64,000 bases of DNA. Source: an uncultured Candidatus Rokubacteria bacterium. GTDB lineage: Bacteria > Methylomirabilota > Methylomirabilia > Rokubacteriales > DASRDR01. Shown in pieces: positions 51,890-61,771 of this stretch (the stretch's first letter is position 1; each line of letters begins with the position of its first letter). The position numbers were made by a program, and so were the translations under genes. The stretch is from NCBI GenBank assembly GCA_963708025.1, contig CAVPSB010000034.1, positions 32,001 through 96,000 of the forward strand, written 5' to 3'. The notes below the pieces were generated by a model that ran no database searches, was not told the DNA's origin, and saw only the letters and a program-made list of their open reading frames with translations.

Positions 51890-53361
51890 GACCCTCTCCC
51901 GCGTGCTCCAGGGCGCGGACGAGGCCCCGCGCCTTGGCGACGCACTCCTGGTGTTCCTGCTCAGGAATCGAATCCGCGACGATCCCGGCGCCGGCCTGGA
52001 CGTAGGCGGTGCCCCGATGGACGAGGACGGTCCGGATGGTGATCGCGGTGTTCAGCGAGCCGTCGAGCCCGATGTACCCGACCGTGCCGGCGTAGGGACC
52101 GCGGGCGACCGGCTCCAGCTCGTCGATGATCTCCATCGCCCGGACCTTGGGGGCCCCGGAGACCGTGCCGTGCGGGAAGACCGCCTGAAGGACGTCCCAC
52201 GGACCGCGGCCGGGCTGGATCTCGCCCCTCGACGTGCGAGACGAGGTGCATGACGTGGGAGTAGCGCTCGATGGCCATCAGCTCGGTCACCCGGACGCTG
52301 CCGTAGCGCGACACGCGCCCGACGTCGTTCCGGGTGAGGTCGACGAGCATGACGTGCTCGGCCCGCTCCTTGGGGTCGGCGGACAGCTCGGCGGCCAGCG
52401 TCGCGTCCTCGGCTTCGGTTGCGCCCCGGCGTCGGGTGCCGGCCAGGGGGCGCATGTCGACGCGCCCGTGCTCGAGGCGGACCAGCCGCTCGGGGGAGGC
52501 GCCCGCGAGCCACGCCCCGCCGGCGTCGAGCAGGAACATGTAGGGCGACGGGTTCAGCATCCGGAGCGCGCGGTAGATGGCCAGCGGGTCGAGGCCGGGC
52601 ACCGGCGTGGCGAAGCGCTGGGAGAGGATGACCTGGTAGATGTCGCCGGCCCGGATGTGCTCCTGCGCCCGCTCGACGGCCGCGCAGTAGGTCTCGGGCG
52701 TCGTGTGGGCCTGCGGGGCGATCGGGATCGCCGGGCTGGCCGGGATCGCCGGCCGCGGCCCATCCAGGCGCTCGAGCCAGGCGGCGATCCGCTCGCGGGC
52801 CCGCCGGTAGGCGGCTTCGGCGCCGTCGTCCAGGAAGGCGTTGGCGACGATCCGCAGCGTGTGGTGGCGGTGATCGAAGACGACGACCGTGTCCATCAGC
52901 GACAGCCGGAAGACGGGGAGTCCCAGGTCGTCCGGTGGGCGCCGGGGCAGACGCTCCCACAGGCGGATGGCGTCGTAGCCGAGGTAGCCGACGAAGCCGC
53001 CGACCATCGGCGGGAGCCCCGGCCGTCCGAGCGCGCGGTAGCGGGCGAGCTGGCCGTGGACCACCGCCAGGGGCGCGCCCGCATCCATCACCCGGCCGCC
53101 CGGATCGAGCACGCGAGCCGTCTGGCCGTCGCTCTCGATGGTGAGGCGCGGGTCGCCGCCGAGCACCGAAAAGCGCGCCACCTGGGCGCCCCCCTCGACG
53201 CTCTCGAAGAGGAAGCTCGACGGCAGATCCCGCAGCTTGAGGTAAGCCGAGATCGGGGTCTCCAGATCGGCGGAGACCTCGCAGGAGACCGGGACGACGT
53301 TGGCGTCCCCCCGGAGCCTGAGGAACTCGCTCTGCGTCGGCTCCAGCGTCAGACCGTGCAT
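51870..53361 (-). CDS. trpE: Anthranilate synthase component I, frameshift near 52225
   Basis: 'LFESVEG', 'NPSPYM', '[15 protein letters not shown]', 'YSHVMH', 'QAGAGIV'; Trp leader upstream. Confidence 0.92.
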
Positions 53362-53399
53362 CGGATTCTCCTTCCCGATCGGTGCCCGCCGTGGCGGCG

Positions 53400-53445
53400 A
53401 AACGAAAACGCCGGGGCTCGCGGGACCGTCCCGCTTGCCTCGGCG
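53400..53445 (-). terminator. trp attenuator terminator
   Basis: CGCCGAGGC..GCGGGA/TCCCGC..GCCCCGGCG stem followed by TTTTCGTTT. Confidence 0.75.
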
Positions 53446-53480
53446 CGTTGTCCAGCTCGATGACTCGGTCGCGTTCGGCG

Positions 53481-53564
53481 TTACACGGAGACGGCCCCCT
53501 CGCCCCACCGGGCGCACCACCAGCGCCACGACCATCGCCACGAGCGTCCGGAGGCCTGTCTCAT
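53481..53564 (-). CDS. trpL: Tryptophan leader peptide MRQASGRSWRWSWRWWCARWGEGAVSV
   Basis: 6 Trp in 27 aa, between the promoter and the terminator upstream of trpE. Confidence 0.88.
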   Translation of the reverse strand: MRQASGRSWRWSWRWWCARWGEGAVSV

Positions 53565-53573
53565 GAGGGCCCC

Positions 53574-53602
53574 ACGGTAGGGGCTGGGCCGGGCCTTGTC
53601 AA
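53574..53602 (-). promoter_or_regulatory. Sigma-70 promoter of the trp leader
   Basis: TTGACA-17-TACCGT on the minus strand. Confidence 0.72.
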
Positions 53603-53605
53603 GGG

Positions 53606-55051
53606 CTACGACAGGTCCACCCAGACGCTCTTGACCTCGGTGTAGAGGTCCAGGCCGGCCTGGCCCAGCTCGCGGCCGAAGCCCGACTCCTTGAAGCCGC
53701 CGAAGGGCAAGGCGGCGTCGTAGAGGTTGTAGGCGTTGACCCAGACGGTCCCGGCCCGGATCGCCCGCGCGGCCCGGAGCGCCTTGGCCACGTCCCGCGT
53801 CCAGACCGCGGCGGCCAGACCATAGAAGGTCTCGTTACCCCGGGCGATGCCGTCCTCGACGTCCTTGAAGGGGATCACCGACAGCACGGGGCCGAAGATC
53901 TCCTCGCGGGCGATCCGCATCGAGTTGCTCACGCCGGCGAAGACGGTGGGCTGGATGAAGTAGCCCTTGCCGTTCCCGACCTCCGCCCGCTGGCCGCCGG
54001 CCACCAGCCGCGCGCCCTCCTTCTTGCCGGCCTCGACGTAGCCGAGGACGGCGTCGTACTGCTGTCGGGAGACGACCGGCCCCATCCGGGTCGTCTTGTC
54101 GAGGGGGTCGCCGACCTTCAGGCCCCGGGCTCCCTCGGCGAGCTTCTCGACGAACTCGTCGTGGACCTGCTGCTCGACGAGAAGCCGGGACCCCGCCGCG
54201 CAGACCTCGCCCTTGTTGTAGAAGATCCCGGTCAGCGCCCCCCGCACCGCCGCCTTCAGGTCGGCGTCGGCGAAGACGATGTTGGGCGACTTTCCGCCGA
54301 GCTCGAGCGACACGCGCTTGAGCGACCCCGCCGCCTCCCGCATGATCGACTTCCCGACCTCGGTGGAGCCGGTGAAGGCGATCTTGTCCACGCCCGGGTG
54401 GCGGACCAGCGCCATGCCCACCTGGCCCCCCGGCCCGGGGACCACGTTGAAGACGCCCTCGGGGAGCCCGGCCTCGGCGGTCAGCTCGGCGAACCTCAGC
54501 GCGGTGAGGGGGGTGAGCGAGGCGGGCTTGAGGACCATCGTATTGCCGGCGGCGAGGGCCGGCGCGATCTTCCAGGAGGACAGCAGGAACGGGAAGTTCC
54601 ACGGCACGATGGCGCCGACGACGCCGACCGGCTGCCGCAGGGTGAAGGTGAAGGCGCCGTCGCGCAGGTTCAGCGTCTCGCCGTGGATCTTCGTGGTCCA
54701 CCCGGCGTAGTAGCGGAAGACCTCGGCCGCGAACGGCAGCTCGACCTTCCCCGAGTCGAAGAGCGTCTTGCCGGTGTTGATGCTCTCCAGCCGCGCCATC
54801 TCGTCGAGATTCGCCGTGATGAGGTCGGCCAGCTTCCACAGCACGCGGGCCCGCTCGGCCGCCGCCATCTTCGGCCACGGTCCCTGGTCGAAGGCCCGTC
54901 GCGCCGCCTGGACGGCGAGGTCGATGTCGCGCTCGTCGCCCCGGGCGACGCGCGCGCTCTCCTCCTCGGTCGCGGGGTTGATGGTCGCGTAGGTCTGGCC
55001 CGACGACGGCGGGCGCCACTGGCCTCCGATGAAGACCTGCTCGGTGTTCAT
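53606..55051 (-). CDS. Aldehyde dehydrogenase
   Basis: PWNFP, FTGSTEVG, LELGGKSP, GEVC, EEIFGP. Confidence 0.95.
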   Translation of the reverse strand: MNTEQVFIGGQWRPPSSGQTYATINPATEEESARVARGDERDIDLAVQAARRAFDQGPWPKMAAAERARVLWKLADLITANLDEMARLESINTGKTLFDSGKVELPFAAEVFRYYAGWTTKIHGETLNLRDGAFTFTLRQPVGVVGAIVPWNFPFLLSSWKIAPALAAGNTMVLKPASLTPLTALRFAELTAEAGLPEGVFNVVPGPGGQVGMALVRHPGVDKIAFTGSTEVGKSIMREAAGSLKRVSLELGGKSPNIVFADADLKAAVRGALTGIFYNKGEVCAAGSRLLVEQQVHDEFVEKLAEGARGLKVGDPLDKTTRMGPVVSRQQYDAVLGYVEAGKKEGARLVAGGQRAEVGNGKGYFIQPTVFAGVSNSMRIAREEIFGPVLSVIPFKDVEDGIARGNETFYGLAAAVWTRDVAKALRAARAIRAGTVWVNAYNLYDAALPFGGFKESGFGRELGQAGLDLYTEVKSVWVDLS

Positions 55052-55317
55052 GACGTCTCCTCTTCTCGCTTCTTCGCCACCAGGAGCAATCGCTGGTCAA
55101 CCCCGGAGACCGTGTAGCCTCGTGCCGTCAGCTCCAGGGCGTGCCGGCCGCCACCGCACGTGACGTCGAGGACTCGGGCCGCCGGCGGCAACGCCGGGGT
55201 CGTCTCGATGAAGTCGGCCTCCGCCCGGGTCAGGTCGTCGGTCGTGAAGCCCCGCCCGACGCCGAGCGCGACCCCCGTGAAAAAGCTCCGCCACCAGTCG
55301 GCGGGGATCCGTCCCAC
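55048..55317 (-). pseudogene. Class I SAM-dependent methyltransferase with a large internal deletion
   Basis: 'EADFI...VLDVTCGGGRHALEL...GVD' joined directly to a C-terminal-like 'RLLLVAKK'. Confidence 0.65.
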
Positions 55318-55688
55318 TTCAGCCTCGCCGGGTGGCGTTCACGGGTACCCGGCTGGAGCCCGTGCTCGGCAGCTCGCATCGCCGCCTCGGCCAGGCCGAC
55401 GACACGGTTCTCGGAGGTCGCGAAGCGGGCGGCATCGGAGTGGTAGCCGGCCCAGTATAGCGCATCCGCCGTGGCGGGATGCGCTTGGTGGCCCACCGCT
55501 TCCTGCAGTAAGATCGGACGGCGCGGCATCTATGGAGGGTCACTGGATTCCCGAATGGTCAACGTATCGTCCGGCGGCCCGGCGCTCGCCGCGGTCGTGG
55601 TGAGGGCCGTGCGCATCGACGCGAGCGGCCGACGCCCGGCCTGCCGGCGCCAGACGCTGGCGCTCGACGGTTTCCCCGGCGGCGACCG

Positions 55689-57401
55689 ATGAACCTCCTC
55701 ACCGCCGTCAGCCTGAGCCTCATCGCCGCCGCCGTGCTGGCTCTGGTCGCCCGCCGGCTCGGCCAGCCGCTGATCCTCGGCTACGTCGTGGCCGGTGCGC
55801 TGCTCGGCGGGCACGTGGGGCTGGGGGCGGTCACCGACGAGGAGGCGATCGAGCTGATCGCCGAGATCGGCCTCATCCTGCTCCTCTTCATCATCGGCCT
55901 GGAGATCAGCATCCCGCGGCTGATGCAGGCGGGCCGGAGCATCGTGGTCAGCGGGCTGCTCCAGTTCCCGGTGTGCGCGGCGCTGGCCTGGATCGCCTTC
56001 GGCGGGGTCGCGGCCGGCACCGGGGGGGCCTTCGACCGGCTCTACCTGGCGGTGGCGGTGAGCCTGTCGTCCACCCTCATCGTGGTCAAGCTGCTCTCCG
56101 ACAAGTTCGAGATGGGCACCTTCGGCGGCCGGGTGACCCTCGGCATCCTGGTCTTCCAGGATCTCTGGGCCATCGCCTTCCTCGCCCTCCAGCCCAACCT
56201 CCAGGATCTCCGGCCGGCGCTGCTGCTCCGGTCGGCGGCGGCCGGCATCGGGCTGGTGCTCGTCGCGGTCGTGCTGGCCCGGTACGTCCTGCCGCGACTG
56301 TTCCGGGCCATCGCCATGTCGCCGGAGCTGCTGCTCATCACCGCGATGGCCTGGTGCTTCCTCATGTCGGGGGCGGCCGGCTGGAGCGGGCTGTCCCGCG
56401 AGATGGGCGCGCTGGTGGCCGGGATGGCGATCGCGGCCTTCCCGTACGGGACCGAGGTGGTGGCCCGCCTGTCCGGTGTCCGGGACTTCTTCGTGACGCT
56501 GTTCTTCGTGGCGCTGGGTCTGAAGATCCCCGAGCCCTCCGGGCGGCTCCTGCTCCTCGCCGCCGCGATGGCGGCCTTCGTGGTGGTCAGTCGCTTCCTC
56601 GCCATCTTCCCGATCTTCGCGTTCCTCCGGCTGGACAGCCGGACGGCCGGCGTCGTCGCCATCAACATCGCGCAGATCAGCGAGTTCTCGCTCGTCATCG
56701 TCACGCTGGGGATCGGCTACGGGCACGTGAGCGCCGATGTCTCCTCCCTGGTGCTCTACTCGCTGCTCCTGACCGCGGTGCTGTCGACCTACGGCATCCT
56801 CTTCAATCACGCCCTGGCCACCGCCATCGCGCGCGGCCTGGCCGCGGTGGGCCTGTTCGCGGACCGGGCGGCCAGCGGGGCCGAGCCGGGCGGGGAGCAC
56901 GAACCCGAGGAGCGCGATCTCTTCCTCCTCGGCGTCTCCCGCGAAGGGCTGGCCTTTCTCGAGCACCTGGAGCGGCAGCATCCGGCCATGAAAGAGCGGA
57001 TCGTCGCCATCGACTTCAATCCCGAGACGCTCGAGCGGCTCCGGGCCGACGGCGTCGAGGGGCACTACGGCGACATCTCCAACGCCGAGACGCTTCGCCA
57101 TGCCGGCATCGCGAACGCCGCCGTCGTGGTGTCCGGCATCTCCGACTGGTTTCTCAAGGGGACCGACAACGTGCGCCTGCTCCGCCAGGCGCGGAGCCTG
57201 GCCCCGCGGGCGCTCGTGGTGGTGACCGCCGACACGCTGGACCGGGCCCGCCGTCTGTACGCCGAGGGCGCGGACTACGTGCTGATCCCGCCGGCACTGG
57301 CCGCCGGGCACCTCTACGAGCTGCTCCGTGACGCCTCGCCGGAAGCGCTCGCGGAGGCCCGTGTGCGGCAGGCGACAGAGCTGTTCCGCTCGCAAGGATA
57401 G
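55689..57401 (+). CDS. CPA2 cation:proton antiporter with TrkA-N domain (Kef-like)
   Basis: 'LLFIIGLE', 'SSTLIVVK', 'ILVFQD', 'SEFS', RCK domain 'YGDIS'. Confidence 0.92.
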   Translation: MNLLTAVSLSLIAAAVLALVARRLGQPLILGYVVAGALLGGHVGLGAVTDEEAIELIAEIGLILLLFIIGLEISIPRLMQAGRSIVVSGLLQFPVCAALAWIAFGGVAAGTGGAFDRLYLAVAVSLSSTLIVVKLLSDKFEMGTFGGRVTLGILVFQDLWAIAFLALQPNLQDLRPALLLRSAAAGIGLVLVAVVLARYVLPRLFRAIAMSPELLLITAMAWCFLMSGAAGWSGLSREMGALVAGMAIAAFPYGTEVVARLSGVRDFFVTLFFVALGLKIPEPSGRLLLLAAAMAAFVVVSRFLAIFPIFAFLRLDSRTAGVVAINIAQISEFSLVIVTLGIGYGHVSADVSSLVLYSLLLTAVLSTYGILFNHALATAIARGLAAVGLFADRAASGAEPGGEHEPEERDLFLLGVSREGLAFLEHLERQHPAMKERIVAIDFNPETLERLRADGVEGHYGDISNAETLRHAGIANAAVVVSGISDWFLKGTDNVRLLRQARSLAPRALVVVTADTLDRARRLYAEGADYVLIPPALAAGHLYELLRDASPEALAEARVRQATELFRSQG

Positions 57402-57412
57402 GAGGCGACGTC

Positions 57413-57721
57413 ATGGTCAAGCTCTCGGTGATCTACCAGGGGCAGCCGCAGGACGCGGCGGCCTTCGACGACTACTACTGGTCGACGCACCTGCCGGGGG
57501 TGGCCCGCTGGCCGCGCATCCGGCGGATCACGCTGGCGACGGGGGAGCCGGGCGAGGAGATCTACCAGATCTGTGACCTGTACTTCGACTCGGTGGAAGA
57601 CTTGCAGGCGGCGCTCACCTCGCCGGAGCGAAAGGTCTCCCTCGACGACACCAAGCGCTTCCCGGCCTTCGAGGGGCACATCAAGCGCCAGGTCTTCGAG
57701 CTCAAAGACTTCAAGGTCTGA
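57413..57721 (+). CDS. EthD family protein
   Basis: 'FDDYYWSTHLP', 'FDSVEDLQAALTSPE'. Confidence 0.85.
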   Translation: MVKLSVIYQGQPQDAAAFDDYYWSTHLPGVARWPRIRRITLATGEPGEEIYQICDLYFDSVEDLQAALTSPERKVSLDDTKRFPAFEGHIKRQVFELKDFKV

Positions 57722-57739
57722 TTTCGGCCGGAGCGAGAA

Positions 57740-57958
57740 CCGGTCGGCCGAAGGCCGGCGACCCACGGCGCCGCCCACCGAGGCGTGCACCCGGTAGGGC
57801 GACAGGATCCGCGCGTGAATCGGGCTAGGGTACCGTCGGAGTGTGCCGTATCGCGTTCAGTGCGAGGCGCGCCACGAAGAGCGTCCGAGCGGCGGCTTCG
57901 CCGCCACCACGACGGGGGGGCATCGCGGGGATCTTCCGGGACCCCCGAATGATCTAGT
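57740..57958. repeat. Intergenic repeat family B-related elements
   Basis: GGCCGAAGGCC at 57746-57756; GGGGGGCATCGCGGGGATCTTCCGGGACCCCC resembles 32435-32470. Confidence 0.6.
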
Positions 57959-57988
57959 GCGCATTGGCTGGAACAAGTTGGAACGGCA

Positions 57989-58543
57989 CTAGGGTGGCTC
58001 GATCAGGATGATCCGGACGTCGAACACCAGCGTCCGGCCAGCCAGCGGGTGATTGAGGTCGAGGACGACGCTCGCCTCCTTGATTTCCCGAACCCGCACC
58101 GGCACCTCGCGACCGTTCCGCGTCTGACCGACGAGCCGCGCGCCAACCACCCGCGACTCCGGCGGCACCCGGTCCGTCGGCACCTCGGTGATGGCGCCCG
58201 GGTCCACCGCCCCGTAGCCCTCCTCCGGCGGGACCGTGATCCGACGCTGCTCGCCGACCTTCATCCCGGCCAGGGCCCGCTCCAGCCCCGGGATGACCTG
58301 GCCGCTGCCGAACGTGAAGACGAGGGGCGGGCGCCCGCGGTTGTCATCCAGCACGGTCCCGCTCGCGTCGCGCAGCGTGAACTCGAGATGGACCACCGCG
58401 CCTGGCTGCACGTCCTGAGCGTCGGCGACGGGTCCGATCTCGGATGGCGCTCGTGGGTCCGGCTCGTCGGCCGCGCGGCTCACCCAGGCGGCGAGCGTCA
58501 CCGCCAGGCCGAGACCGCACGCGAGAAGCCGCATCGTCCTCAC
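57989..58543 (-). CDS. FKBP-type peptidyl-prolyl isomerase (SlyD-like) with signal peptide
   Basis: 'IPGLERAL', 'PEEGYG', 'DLNHPLAGRTL'. Confidence 0.9.
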   Translation of the reverse strand: MRTMRLLACGLGLAVTLAAWVSRAADEPDPRAPSEIGPVADAQDVQPGAVVHLEFTLRDASGTVLDDNRGRPPLVFTFGSGQVIPGLERALAGMKVGEQRRITVPPEEGYGAVDPGAITEVPTDRVPPESRVVGARLVGQTRNGREVPVRVREIKEASVVLDLNHPLAGRTLVFDVRIILIEPP

Positions 58544-58763
58544 GGGGCCATGCTACACCGCGACCCCTCGCTCGCCGAAAGACGGCGAGCCCGCGTCGAG
58601 CGGGCCGGACGACGACTGTCGGGGATTGGAACAGGCCTGGCGGCGAATCTCATCTGAATCGAGCCGGCGAGGTGGGCGGGACCAGTCCCGGCCGCGCCCG
58701 CGCACCGGCCGGTCACGGCGCCAGCCTCGCCCCTGGATTCGGGGGCTCGAAGGCTCTCGTGCT

Positions 58764-60497
58764 TCAGGGTCGGGGCTGACCGACGGGCCGTCGGCCGGCA
58801 TGGGCCCAGTCGAGCAGGCCGGCCAGCGGTCGCGTGTTCACCACCTGCTCCGGGCCGATCCAGGCCCGCCGGGCGGTCGCGATCCCGAGCTCGATGTGGT
58901 CCAGCTCCGACAGGTAGTGGGTGTCGGTGTCGATCGCGAGCGCGAGGCCGAGATCGCGGGCGCGGCGGGCGTGGGTGTCCTTGAGGTCCAGGCGCCACGG
59001 CGACGCGTTGATCTCGACCGCCTTCCCGTAGCGCCGGGCGGCGGCGAAGACCTGCTCGAGGTCCACGTCGTAGGGATCCCGGGAGCCGAGGAGCCGCCCG
59101 GTCGGATGGACGAGGATGCGGACGTGCGGGTTCTCGAGCGCGCGGCAGATCCGGGCGGTCATCTCGGGGCCGGGCTGCTTGAACCGGGAGTGAACGGCGG
59201 CCAGCACCACGTCCAGCTCGGCCAGCAGGTCGTCCGGGAAGTCGAGCGAGCCGTCGGCCAGGATGTCGCACTCGGAGCCGCTCAGGATGCGGATGCGGTG
59301 GCGCGGCTGGAGGGCACGGATCCGTCCGATCTGGTCGCGGAGCTGCTCGGGAGTGAGCCCGCGAGCGATGGTGGCCGAGCGGGAGTGGTCGGACACGATG
59401 ATGTACTCGTAGCCCCGCGCCTCGGCCGCCTCCACCAGCGCCTCGAGCGGGTGGTGGCCGTCCGACCACTCGGTGTGGGCGTGGAGGTCGCCGCGGATGT
59501 GGGCCACCTCGACCAGCGGGGGCAAGGCGCCGGCCAGCGCGGCCTCGATCTCGCCGGTGTCCTCGCGCAGCTCGGGCGGGATCCACGGCAGCCCCACCGC
59601 CGCGTAGACCTCCTCCTCGGTGCGCCCGGCGACGCGGCGGCCGGCGTCGTCGTAGACGCCGTACTCGCTGATCTTGAGCTTCCTCCGGACGGCCAGCTCC
59701 CGGAGCTTCACGTTGTGGTTCTTGGAGCCGGTGAAGTACTGGAGGGCGGCACCGAACGCCTCCGGCTCGACGACCCGCAGGTCGACCTGCAGGTTCTCAC
59801 GATGGCGGATCGAGGACTTGGTCTCGCCGCGGGCCAGCACCGAGGCCACCTGGGGCAGCCCCACGAACCGGTCGAGGACGGCGGCGGGCCGGTCGGAGGT
59901 GACCAGGATGTCGATGTCTCCCACGGTCTCGACCCGCCGGCGGAGCGAGCCGGCGATCTCGATCGCCCGGACCGGCGCCGACTCGCGTAGCGCGCGCACC
60001 AGGGCCTCGGCCAGGGGCAGCGCCCTGGCCAGCGGCATCCGCGCCTGCCCCAGCCGCCACGTCTCGATCCCGCGCAGGATGTTCTCGCAGGTCTTCTGGC
60101 GGATGCCGGGGACCTCCAGGATCGTTCCGGAGCGGCAGGCTTCCTCGAGCCCCTCGACCGAGTCGATGCCGAGGCGCTCGTGGAGGAGCTTCGCCGTCTT
60201 CGGCCCGACGCCCGGCAGGCTCATGAGCTGGCGGACACCGCGGGGCAGGCCCCGGCGCAGCTCCTCCAGGTAGCCCATGCTCCCGGTGTCGGCCCACTCG
60301 CGGATTTTGGCCGCCAGGTCGGCGCCGATGCCGGGGATCTTCTTCTTCGCCCGGAGCGCCTCGACGACGTCCTCGGCCAGGTTCTCGAGCTGGTCGGCGG
60401 CCCGGCGATAGGCGCGCACGCGGAAGACGTTGTCCTCGCGGATCTCCAGGAGGTCCGCGATCTCGTGGAAACACTCGGCCAGCTCGCGGTTGCGCAT
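58764..60497 (-). CDS. polX: DNA polymerase X / PHP 3'-5' exonuclease
   Basis: 'FRVRAY', 'GSLRR...GDIDIL', 'YFTGSK.HN', 'DLHAHTEWSDG', 'HPTGR'. Confidence 0.95.
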   Translation of the reverse strand: MRNRELAECFHEIADLLEIREDNVFRVRAYRRAADQLENLAEDVVEALRAKKKIPGIGADLAAKIREWADTGSMGYLEELRRGLPRGVRQLMSLPGVGPKTAKLLHERLGIDSVEGLEEACRSGTILEVPGIRQKTCENILRGIETWRLGQARMPLARALPLAEALVRALRESAPVRAIEIAGSLRRRVETVGDIDILVTSDRPAAVLDRFVGLPQVASVLARGETKSSIRHRENLQVDLRVVEPEAFGAALQYFTGSKNHNVKLRELAVRRKLKISEYGVYDDAGRRVAGRTEEEVYAAVGLPWIPPELREDTGEIEAALAGALPPLVEVAHIRGDLHAHTEWSDGHHPLEALVEAAEARGYEYIIVSDHSRSATIARGLTPEQLRDQIGRIRALQPRHRIRILSGSECDILADGSLDFPDDLLAELDVVLAAVHSRFKQPGPEMTARICRALENPHVRILVHPTGRLLGSRDPYDVDLEQVFAAARRYGKAVEINASPWRLDLKDTHARRARDLGLALAIDTDTHYLSELDHIELGIATARRAWIGPEQVVNTRPLAGLLDWAHAGRRPVGQPRP

Positions 60498-60544
60498 CGC
60501 CCGTCGGTCCTCGCCCATGATACGCTGCGTCCCGGAGCTTCGCC

Positions 60545-60934
60545 GTGCCTCGTGACACCGATCCGCTGATCCCCGCCTGGGCCTGGGTCCTGCTCGAGCC
60601 GTACGTGGACAAGCGTCTCGAGGAACGGGGGAACCAGGCTCCCACCCCGCCGGAGATCCTGGACGAGGTGGCCCGCCTGTGGCCCGATCTGTCCTGCACG
60701 CTGATGGTGCAGGAGCCGTGGCAGGGGACGATCCGCTTCAAGCGGCTGTTGCGGCTTCAGGCCGACGCGATGCGCCCCTTCCTGGAGGGGCCCGAGGCCT
60801 TCCTGCGCGAGCGGTTCGGCGGCGGCAAGTTCAAGGTGAACTTCCATCACGGGATGAACTTCGTCAGCACCAAGAACTTCAAGCCCACCGGGGAGCCGCT
60901 GTGGATGCAGGTTCCCGAGCTGCCCGAGGACTAG
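60545..60934 (+). CDS. Hypothetical protein
   Basis: 129 aa with globular-protein composition and genome-typical codon use; divergent from polX. Confidence 0.7.
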   Translation: MPRDTDPLIPAWAWVLLEPYVDKRLEERGNQAPTPPEILDEVARLWPDLSCTLMVQEPWQGTIRFKRLLRLQADAMRPFLEGPEAFLRERFGGGKFKVNFHHGMNFVSTKNFKPTGEPLWMQVPELPED

Positions 60935-61028
60935 CGTCTGTCGCCGCTCTCGCGGCAGGGGACTGCGATACAGTAGGAAGTTGGAGAGGGACGCCGCACT
61001 CCAGTCGACGAGCCGAGAGGGGAGCGCA

Positions 61029-61298
61029 ATGCCGGAGGATTCGACCCGCAAGCTCTTGAGGGTGTTCGGGGTGTCGATGACCCAGTGCGAGGATGCGCTG
61101 GCCGTGTTGACTCAGGCCCTTGCCACGCCGCCGACCGGGACGGAGGATCCGACGGCCGCACTGGAGGCGTACGGCAAGACGGCGCGCGAGCTGGCCGAGC
61201 GATGGGCCGAGGTGAGCCGGCTGGTCCTCGACTACCAGGTGCGCGCCCAGCAGGCCGTCGAGACATTCGTCCGCAGCCGCGGCGCGTCCCATCCATGA
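61029..61298 (+). CDS. Hypothetical helical protein
   Basis: GGGGAG RBS; ATGA-coupled to the next gene. Confidence 0.65.
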   Translation: MPEDSTRKLLRVFGVSMTQCEDALAVLTQALATPPTGTEDPTAALEAYGKTARELAERWAEVSRLVLDYQVRAQQAVETFVRSRGASHP

Positions 61299-61771
61299 CC
61301 GCGCGAGGCTCCCGCGGGGCGCTGGCCCTCGGACTCTTCCTCGCCGCGGGGTGCGCCGCCGCGCCCCCTCCGCCTCCGGCTCAGCCGACCGTGACCACGC
61401 CACCGCCCGCGGCCCCTCCGCCGGCGCCGGCCGCGCCGGTCGCCACGCCGCCGCCCCCAGCCGCGCTCCCCCCGACCGCCCCACCGCCAGCGCCGCCGCC
61501 GAGCGTGGTCGCACCGCCCCCGCCGCCCCCCCTTCCGGCGCCGGATGCGGAACAGCTGGCCAACGAGCAGCTGGCCGCGCGGGTCGAGCAAGCGCTGGCG
61601 GCCGATCCCGCCCTGCGGAGCGCCGTCATCGAGGCGGAGGCCCATGCCGGCCAGGTGACGCTGAAAGGCGTCGTGCCCACGTTCCGGGAGCGCGCCCGGG
61701 CGATCGAGCTGGCGCTCCAGGTTCCCGGGGTCAAGAGCGTGCGGCCTCGACTCGTCCTCCAGGCGCCGTGA
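61295..61771 (+). CDS. BON-domain lipoprotein with Pro-rich linker
   Basis: Lipobox LAAGC; 'GQVTLKG...A..VPGVKSV'. Confidence 0.85.
   Translation: MTARGSRGALALGLFLAAGCAAAPPPPPAQPTVTTPPPAAPPPAPAAPVATPPPPAALPPTAPPPAPPPSVVAPPPPPPLPAPDAEQLANEQLAARVEQALAADPALRSAVIEAEAHAGQVTLKGVVPTFRERARAIELALQVPGVKSVRPRLVLQAP

Noticed and set aside
55319-55688. Short ORFs between the methyltransferase remnant and the antiporter
   Set aside because: No recognisable motif or convincing start; possibly further gene debris
61360-61545. C-rich low-complexity tract as a DNA repeat
   Set aside because: Encodes the Pro/Ala linker of the BON lipoprotein
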